DNA of 64,000 nucleotides, taken from positions 30,887 through 94,886 of the forward strand of contig JBFWOZ010000006.1 in NCBI GenBank assembly GCA_050250255.1. The letters are read 5' to 3'. How positions within the stretch are numbered: the stretch's first letter is position 1; each line of letters starts with the position of its first letter. The translations under genes were made by a program, and so were the position numbers. The notes beneath the pieces are model-generated. The model made no database searches. It was not told the origin of the DNA and saw only the letters and a list, made by a program, of their open reading frames with translations. The DNA is from Bdellovibrionales bacterium (GTDB lineage Bacteria > Bdellovibrionota > Bdellovibrionia > Bdellovibrionales > DASUEL01). Positions 56,335 through 64,000 of the stretch are shown piece by piece.

Positions 56335-56769
56335 TTACTTAGATCCAACGTACTTCCACTTCGTCCCGTTTTTTATTCCATGAGACTTAAACCATCCTAG
56401 GTTCATTTCAAGAGCGTATTGCGCGGGAGCGCGACTAGGATATGTTTTAGGCTCTTTTATGAGCAGACTACTTTCAGGGAACATATCTTGAATATCCACA
56501 ATTTCTTTTTTCGAATTGAAATAGGCAATAGAAAGCGGAATGAGTGTATTTTTCATCCAAAAAGCGAGTGGTCGCTCTGATTCAAAAATAAAAAGCATGC
56601 CCTGGTCTTTTTCTAACTTCTTCACGAACATCAATCCGTGTGTTCTTTTTTCTTCCGTGTCGGCAATCTCAACAGTAATTTTTTGAGCACCAATTAAAAT
56701 TTCTTTTTTTTCGTAGTTTGGTCTTGCTTCGGAGAATGTAAGAAATAGGGAAAATAACGAAAGGATCAT
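56335..56769 (-). CDS. DUF192 family protein
   Basis: VEIADT...GLMF...GMLFIF...FWMKNTLIPLSIAY...YALEMNLG. Confidence 0.93.
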   Translation of the reverse strand: MILSLFSLFLTFSEARPNYEKKEILIGAQKITVEIADTEEKRTHGLMFVKKLEKDQGMLFIFESERPLAFWMKNTLIPLSIAYFNSKKEIVDIQDMFPESSLLIKEPKTYPSRAPAQYALEMNLGWFKSHGIKNGTKWKYVGSK

Positions 56770-57671
56770 ACAAGACCCTTTTCCATATCAATCGCCAAAC
56801 CGTAACGAGCTCCGTAAGCAGAAACCGTGTAACGATCAATGCCCAACATATCTGCTACCATCTCTAGTAAAATAGCGCCGGCGACAATGACATCCGCACG
56901 ACCACGATCAAGGCCCTTCACCTGTAGTCTCTCTTCAACACTCATCTTCGATAATTTGTGTGTCCACTTTTTTATCGCATCGACCGTTAAAACCGAATTA
57001 TGCACAAGGTCCGCATCAAATTGAATCCCCTTTTCCACACAAACAAGGGCCACCGGAGTCCCTGCCACCGCAATGGCTTCCTTTGCCGAACAAATCTTAT
57101 AAACCTTCATTTTTTCTTTGGCGTACTCTCGAAGTTTTTTTAGATCTTCTTCTGGAATAGGATTTTGAGTGACAAACATTTCGGTAAGCCGCACACAACC
57201 CAAGTCGACGCTCTGTCCTTCGACCGCGTTCGCAGAGTTTTTATGAATAATTTCTGTCGAACCGCCTCCGATGTCGACGCCCACGACGCCATCGAGACCC
57301 GAGCGATCAAACGTCATTCCCTTATAAGTCATCTCCGCCTCTTGTGGCCCAGAAATAATTTTGATCGGAATTTGGTACTTCTTTCCTAGATCAATCAATT
57401 CATGACCGTTCGAAACGTCGCGCGCCGCACTCGTCGCCGCAGCCATGACCTTCTCTACGCCAGAATCTTGTATAAGCATCTGAAATTCGGCAAAACATTT
57501 TTCTGCACGTTCCAGCGCTGACTTTTGAAGCTTGCGCTCTTGATGTACCTTCTCGCCAATACGAACCAGTCGAGTGACATCATGATGTACTTTTTGAATT
57601 TTTCCATTTTTAACATCTGCGATGAGACAGAGAAACGAGTTTGTACCGATATCGATGGCTGCGACTCTCAT
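56766..57671 (-). CDS. ppx: Ppx/GppA exopolyphosphatase
   Basis: AAIDIGTNS, ATSAARD, ISGPQEA, DIGGGSTE, RADVIVAG. Confidence 0.93.
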   Translation of the reverse strand: MRVAAIDIGTNSFLCLIADVKNGKIQKVHHDVTRLVRIGEKVHQERKLQKSALERAEKCFAEFQMLIQDSGVEKVMAAATSAARDVSNGHELIDLGKKYQIPIKIISGPQEAEMTYKGMTFDRSGLDGVVGVDIGGGSTEIIHKNSANAVEGQSVDLGCVRLTEMFVTQNPIPEEDLKKLREYAKEKMKVYKICSAKEAIAVAGTPVALVCVEKGIQFDADLVHNSVLTVDAIKKWTHKLSKMSVEERLQVKGLDRGRADVIVAGAILLEMVADMLGIDRYTVSAYGARYGLAIDMEKGLV

Positions 57672-57678
57672 AAAATTC

Positions 57679-59709
57679 CTAAAATTTAATGTTCTTTAAA
57701 AGGTCTCCAACGTCATCTGGAACTTTATCGAGAAGTTTTTTTACTTCTTCGTCTTTGACGTTTTCTTTGAGCTTTTTTAATTCTTTATTAATAACCTTTG
57801 AGCCCTCCTCCTTCAAATAGGCCTGGGCCACAACACTCGTCGTCGCCTCCCATTTCATTGCGGGATCGTTCACCTTGCCTGTCATTTCTACGGGAAGCTT
57901 TGCACGTCCATCTTCACCGCGAATATCCATCGGAGGATTTTGCAGGGGCGCATAGACAAATCCTTTAAAATAAAAATTTTTATCAAATCCCACATCTGCA
58001 TCGCCCTTGAGGGAGGTGCGCGAATCTTTGAGGTCCATCTGAATTTGCTGAAGGTATATTTTTTTATCCGCTATCTTTATTTGGGATTTGAACGTTTGAA
58101 AACGATCTCCGACCTTCACGTCTTTCGCTTTTTCTTGAACGTGCGGAATCGATTTTAATTTTTCCGCAAGCATTTTCACACCCGCAAGACCTGACCAAGA
58201 ACCGTCTTTTAAATTGAACTGACCGCTTCCCGAAAGTGATTCTTGAATTTGTGCCGCCGCGCCTGTGCGGCCAGAAAAAGACAGCTGTAAATCCAGCTGT
58301 CCTTTAAGAGTATCCTTATATTCGGGCATTTGACTTTGAATGGCCGCATTGACGTCCATATCTGAAACTTTGGTTTTTACATTGTAACTCATCGGCGCAA
58401 GCTTTGTGTTAGCCGCAACATCCATATCCACTCGACCACCAAACACTTCAAAACGCGCGCCCTTCATCTCGAGCTGCTCGTTTTGATAGAGAATGGGGCT
58501 TGAGAAGTTTTTAAGCGTGATGCCTTTATATTCAGAAAAATCTTGAGCCTCGAGTTGTCGAGCCGACATCTGCCCTCGAAAGGCCACTCGAGATAAATCC
58601 GGGGCCTCACCTGAAATTTGAAAGTCGCTTTTCCCTTTTTTACCAGAAACACTTTTGAGTTTCGCATATCCACTATACTTCAACGATCCGAGAGGTCCCT
58701 CAGCCTTGAATAAGAAAGAGGTCAGGCCACTCACATTATATTCTTTAAAAGAACTGATTACATTGTGAAGCTTCGCGAGATTTAGGTTTTCTGTTCGTGC
58801 GGAAATCTGCACAGAAAGCTCGGGCTCTTGATCCACATAACCTTCAACAAGAACATTGAGATCATCCGCTAAAAAATTTACTTCTTCGATCGTCAGACGA
58901 GGTTTTTTATAACTCAACTTGGAGTCGATCTTTGATGGTACGCCGGCGTCCTTCTTGAGCAGGTTGGTGTAGCGCGCTTTTGTTTCTGACATATCGAGGG
59001 TGAGTTGCACCTGCGCTTCGTCAAAATCCTCGTTCGCGAGCATGATTTGACCCTTTAAAGAAATAGGCCCCTCGAGATCCACGCCTGGGCCGTGATAGTT
59101 CGCATTCGTCGAAAGCGTTGCCTCAAAGGGCGCGCCAATTTTAAAGTTTTTTAGTTCAAAGTTGATTTGATCTAACTGGGTTTTACTTTTTTTAACTGGA
59201 TCCACGTAACTGACAAGAGCATCAGAAATAAGAATGGATAGCTGGAGACGGCTTAAGCCAAATCCTGCAGCACTCTCTTTCGTCGTTGGCTCCGACACGG
59301 CGGGCGGTGCCGCTTCGCCGGTAGAGTCCGCACTAAACAGCTCAAAAATATTGAGCGTCTTTTCCTTTTTGACCAAAAAGATTTCAGACTTCTCTGCTTG
59401 AAAACGCACATCAAGTGTTCCCGAAATTAAACTCATAAACGGAATCACAAGCTCTGCGTCTTTCACAAAAAACACGGTTTCGCCGCTTTTCTTTTCAGAG
59501 ATGCGGAGACCTTCGATCGCCACCCGCACCTTGCCCCAAAGGCTTAAGCTCATCGGACCAACTTCGGCCATAGCGCGGCCATTTTTTTCAATGGCCTGGA
59601 TCACCAGAGGTTTAATTTTCGTATTTACGTCATAAAAAACAGGAATTGCAATGAGGGCTGATGCCACCACACTGACTAAAACAAAGATAAGAAGGAAAAA
59701 CTTTTTCAT
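57679..59709 (-). CDS. AsmA-family protein
   Basis: N-terminal TM anchor, repeating beta-strand pattern, LSGSGQFNLKDG, PVEMTGKVNDP. Confidence 0.8.
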   Translation of the reverse strand: MKKFFLLIFVLVSVVASALIAIPVFYDVNTKIKPLVIQAIEKNGRAMAEVGPMSLSLWGKVRVAIEGLRISEKKSGETVFFVKDAELVIPFMSLISGTLDVRFQAEKSEIFLVKKEKTLNIFELFSADSTGEAAPPAVSEPTTKESAAGFGLSRLQLSILISDALVSYVDPVKKSKTQLDQINFELKNFKIGAPFEATLSTNANYHGPGVDLEGPISLKGQIMLANEDFDEAQVQLTLDMSETKARYTNLLKKDAGVPSKIDSKLSYKKPRLTIEEVNFLADDLNVLVEGYVDQEPELSVQISARTENLNLAKLHNVISSFKEYNVSGLTSFLFKAEGPLGSLKYSGYAKLKSVSGKKGKSDFQISGEAPDLSRVAFRGQMSARQLEAQDFSEYKGITLKNFSSPILYQNEQLEMKGARFEVFGGRVDMDVAANTKLAPMSYNVKTKVSDMDVNAAIQSQMPEYKDTLKGQLDLQLSFSGRTGAAAQIQESLSGSGQFNLKDGSWSGLAGVKMLAEKLKSIPHVQEKAKDVKVGDRFQTFKSQIKIADKKIYLQQIQMDLKDSRTSLKGDADVGFDKNFYFKGFVYAPLQNPPMDIRGEDGRAKLPVEMTGKVNDPAMKWEATTSVVAQAYLKEEGSKVINKELKKLKENVKDEEVKKLLDKVPDDVGDLLKNIKF

Positions 59710-61142
59710 CCGCCCTTCAGTTTTTTCATCAAAAGTTGGTTCACAAGGTCAGGGTTTGCCTGTCCTTTTGAGACTTTCATCACCTGTCCTACAAAGAAGC
59801 CAAAAAGCTTGTCTTTTCCTGAACGGAACTGCTCAACCTGTCCGGCGTTGTTTTTAATCACTTCGTCAATCCATCCGTGAATGACGGCTTCGTCACTTAC
59901 TTGAACGAGACCTTTTTCTTTTACGATCTCTTCTGCGGTTTTTTTCGTCTTAAACATCTCTTCAAAAACCGTCTTCGCAATTTTTCCAGATATTTTTCCA
60001 CTGTCGATCATGGTGATCATTTTTGCTAATGCGGGCGCTGACACTGGGGTCTGATGAATCTCAAGCTTGGCGTTATTTAATTCACGGAGAAGCTCCACCA
60101 TAATCCAATTTGATGCCGCCTTAGGATTTTTTGAAAGATTCGCCGTCTCTTCGTAATACTCAGCCATCGCTTTAGAGAGCGTAAGAATATTGGCATCGTA
60201 TTCAGGAAGTCCAAAATCTTTTTGGAAACGTTCCAGCCTCTGAAGCGGGAGCTCAGGCATATTCTTTTTTGTCTCTTCAACCCAAACCGGAGAAACCCTT
60301 AGTGGGAGAAGATCTGGCTCAGGAAAATAGCGATAGTCTTGCGCTTCTTCTTTGGAGCGCATGGAGAAGGTGCGGTTTTTATCCGAGTCATAGAGCCTGG
60401 TTTCTTGAACGATTTTTTCACCCGCTTCAACAAGATCAATTTGTCTATCGATCTCGTATTCAATCGCCTTTTCAATAAAGCGGAAAGAGTTGATGTTTTT
60501 TAATTCCGCTCGCGTTCCAAGTTTTGGGTCGCCCTTTTTTCGCACACTTACGTTACAATCGCAGCGCATAGATCCTTCTTCGAGGTTTCCGTCACACACT
60601 TCAACGTATTGAAGGATGGCTCGCACCGCACGCGCATACTCCGCCGCTTCGGATGCTGACCTCATATCGGGCGCCGAAACAATTTCTAAAAGTGGGACGG
60701 AGCTTCGATTCAAGTTCACGAGCGTGTCCGTTGCCGCATGGGAAGATTTTCCGGCATCCTCTTCGATGTGGGCACGAATGATCGTCACCGTTTTCTTTTG
60801 TCCATCAATAAAAAACTCAACTGTCCCATTTTCGCAAATAGGCTGATCATACTGAGAGATTTGGTAACCTTTTGGTAAATCGGGGTAGAAATAATTTTTT
60901 CGCGCAAAGGTCGACTTCTCGTTCACCGTACAATTTAAAGCGAGGCCTGTTTTAATCGACAGCTGAACGGCCTGTTTGTTTAAAACGGGAAGCGCGCCGG
61001 GAAGGCCGATACAAACGGGACAGGTGTTTTCATTGTCCGCAGAACCAAACTCCGTGGAACAAGAACAAAAGAGCTTACTCTTCGTTTGAAGTTGCGCGTG
61101 AATTTCAAGGCCGATGACGGCTTCGTAATTAGGGTTAGACAT
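59706..61142 (-). CDS. gatB: Asp/Glu-tRNA amidotransferase subunit B
   Basis: VIGLEIHAQL, RKNYFYPDLPKGYQISQ, MRSKEEAQDYRYFPEPDL. Confidence 0.97.
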   Translation of the reverse strand: MSNPNYEAVIGLEIHAQLQTKSKLFCSCSTEFGSADNENTCPVCIGLPGALPVLNKQAVQLSIKTGLALNCTVNEKSTFARKNYFYPDLPKGYQISQYDQPICENGTVEFFIDGQKKTVTIIRAHIEEDAGKSSHAATDTLVNLNRSSVPLLEIVSAPDMRSASEAAEYARAVRAILQYVEVCDGNLEEGSMRCDCNVSVRKKGDPKLGTRAELKNINSFRFIEKAIEYEIDRQIDLVEAGEKIVQETRLYDSDKNRTFSMRSKEEAQDYRYFPEPDLLPLRVSPVWVEETKKNMPELPLQRLERFQKDFGLPEYDANILTLSKAMAEYYEETANLSKNPKAASNWIMVELLRELNNAKLEIHQTPVSAPALAKMITMIDSGKISGKIAKTVFEEMFKTKKTAEEIVKEKGLVQVSDEAVIHGWIDEVIKNNAGQVEQFRSGKDKLFGFFVGQVMKVSKGQANPDLVNQLLMKKLKGG

Positions 61143-62601
61143 GTTTTGGTAACCTCTTGCCAATGTTTGCAATCTGTTCGATTGCGTAGGCCACATTTAA
61201 CATTTTATCTTCTTCAAAGTGCTTTGCGGTCACCTGAATTCCAATCGGAAGACCTGACTGACTAAATCCACCCGGAACACTCATGCCTGGTAAACCCGCA
61301 AGGTTCGTAGAAATCGTGTGTATGTCGTTGAGATACATCGCAAGCGGGTCTTTGATTTGACCACCGATTTTGAAAGCAGGCTCGGGAGTCACCGGCGAGA
61401 CAAGGACGTCACACTCTTCAAATGCTTTAAGGAAATCATTTTGAATCACTCGACGCGCCTTGCAGGCTTTGATGTAGTAGGCATCATAGTAGCCGCTGGA
61501 AAGCGCGAAAGTTCCAAGCATAATCCTGCGTTTGACCTCTTCGCCAAAGCCTTCGCCGCGAGATTTTTTATAAAGCTCTTCAACGTCGGCTACCACAGGA
61601 CGAGGACCAAAACGTACTCCATCGTAACGGGCGAGATTGCTTGAGGCCTCACTCGTCGCCACAAGATAATAAACACTCACGCCGTAAGGAATCGACGGGA
61701 TGGAAACCTCTCGGATCTCCGCACCACGCACCTTCAGCTGCGCGAGCATATCGTTCACGACTTTTTCGACTTCGGAATTTAAACCTTCACCAAAATATTC
61801 TTTAGGAACACCAACGACATAACCTTTAAGGTCTTCTTTTAAGTTTTTTGACCATTCGGGAACGGCTTTTTTTGAGGACGTGGAATCTTTTGTATCATGA
61901 CCAGAAATCACCTCCAACATCAAAGCGGCATCTCTTACATCAAGAGCCATCGGGCCCGCTTGATCGAGCGATGATGCAAAGGCAATGATTCCGTAACGGC
62001 TTACTCGACCGTAGGTGGGCTTAACCCCCACAATTCCACAAAAGTTTGCCGGCTGGCGAATAGACCCACCCGTGTCGGTTCCAATCGCGGCGGCGGCAAG
62101 ACGCGCCGAAACTGCGGCGGCAGAGCCTCCGCTCGAACCCCCGGGAACCATTTCCAGATTCCAAGGATTTTTCACAAGACCGTAAGCGGAATTTTCATTA
62201 CTTGAACCCATCGCAAACTCATCAAGGTTCGCCTTCCCCACTACTATGCTTCCAGCCGCAAGAAGCTTTTCAACAACCGTCGCGGAATACGGAGGAATAA
62301 AATTACTTAAAATTTTTGAAGCCGCTGTCGTTCGGAGATCTTTTGTACAAAGAAGATCCTTGACGGCGACAGGCACACCGGCCATTTTTCCTAAAGTTTT
62401 TCCTTGCGCGACTTGCTCATCAACCTTCTTTGCTTCGTCAATCGCCCTTTCGTTCAAAGTAATGTAGGCGTTGAGCGAAGGGTTTTGTTTTTCCGCACGG
62501 GCCATAAAAAACTCGGTCACCTCTTGGGCTTTGACCTTTTTGGTTTTTACAAGATCTGCGATTTTAGAAATACGAATGTCTTCGAGATTCATCAGCGACA
62601 T
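61135..62601 (-). CDS. gatA: Asp/Glu-tRNA amidotransferase subunit A
   Basis: [41 protein letters not shown]. Confidence 0.97.
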   Translation of the reverse strand: MSLMNLEDIRISKIADLVKTKKVKAQEVTEFFMARAEKQNPSLNAYITLNERAIDEAKKVDEQVAQGKTLGKMAGVPVAVKDLLCTKDLRTTAASKILSNFIPPYSATVVEKLLAAGSIVVGKANLDEFAMGSSNENSAYGLVKNPWNLEMVPGGSSGGSAAAVSARLAAAAIGTDTGGSIRQPANFCGIVGVKPTYGRVSRYGIIAFASSLDQAGPMALDVRDAALMLEVISGHDTKDSTSSKKAVPEWSKNLKEDLKGYVVGVPKEYFGEGLNSEVEKVVNDMLAQLKVRGAEIREVSIPSIPYGVSVYYLVATSEASSNLARYDGVRFGPRPVVADVEELYKKSRGEGFGEEVKRRIMLGTFALSSGYYDAYYIKACKARRVIQNDFLKAFEECDVLVSPVTPEPAFKIGGQIKDPLAMYLNDIHTISTNLAGLPGMSVPGGFSQSGLPIGIQVTAKHFEEDKMLNVAYAIEQIANIGKRLPKHV

Positions 62602-62603
62602 AA

Positions 62604-62882
62604 TTAAACCACCGGTGGAACTTTAAAGAGGTTACCAACTTAAGAAGGAGCGTTTTTCAAAGATCCTTCTGCACCTAGGCCCGGATGCACTTCATCTTCA
62701 CGCATCCAGTATTCAATATCGGAAGCGGTGATCAAAGGTTCCGCGCCTTCTGTGTTCAGTTTTTTAAGTTCCTCGAAATATTTAAGAATTCGAGCCATTT
62801 GATCCGCATAGGCTTCCACTTCCTTATCAGAAAGTTGGAGCTTTGCGAGATTTGCGATGTGTTGAACGTCTTTCTTATTCAT
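62604..62882 (-). CDS. gatC: Asp/Glu-tRNA amidotransferase subunit C, with in-frame TAA at 62640-62642
   Basis: VQHIANLAKL...MREDEV...NAPS*VGNLFKVPPVV*. The conserved tail continues in frame past the first stop. Confidence 0.9.
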
Positions 62883-62897
62883 AAGGACGGAGATTAG

Positions 62898-64000
<1,103 letters not shown>

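Noticed and set aside
62640..62642. Stop-codon reassignment as an explanation for the gatC TAA
   Set aside because: TAA terminates many intact genes in the window, and no other internal stops were found in conserved genes.

Overview
64 kb of bacterial chromosome. Gene content (PilZ, AsmA, Ppx, gatCAB-ligA, lipoprotein subtilases, a helical-domain HNH, many secreted orphans) suggests Bdellovibrionota; this is an inference. No rRNA, tRNA, CRISPR array, transposase or phage genes were seen. 0-12.5 kb: osmo/trehalose island (signal-peptide TreS-like GH13, NhaR-like LysR, putative Na+/H+ antiporter, MscS, marR-otsB-otsA with OtsA fused to a membrane sensor-like module, divergent GH15 trehalase). 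12.5-26 kb: FIST-kinase pair, HupE/UreJ metal-uptake trio, MFS, DEAD-box helicase, MarR-hemerythrin, AbgT. 26.5-37.4 kb: general-stress-like island (YihY, hybrid kinase, Cys-rich protein, BON, OMP, PfpI remnant, YqcI/YcgG, DUF748, radical SAM, Dps). 37-64 kb: proteases, ABC exporter, housekeeping genes. The strongest unannotated signal is about 18 sigma54 -24/-12 promoters directly upstream of correctly oriented genes, 9-10 of them in 26.5-33.8 kb, several predicting leaderless mRNAs. Also notable: a leaderless divergent otsA/trehalase promoter switch, a perfect 38-bp palindrome, a CTG-start helicase, an in-frame TAA in gatC, an unannotated 42-aa membrane protein, and a structured element 3' of an HNH gene. 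All family calls are by motif recognition; no database search was run.
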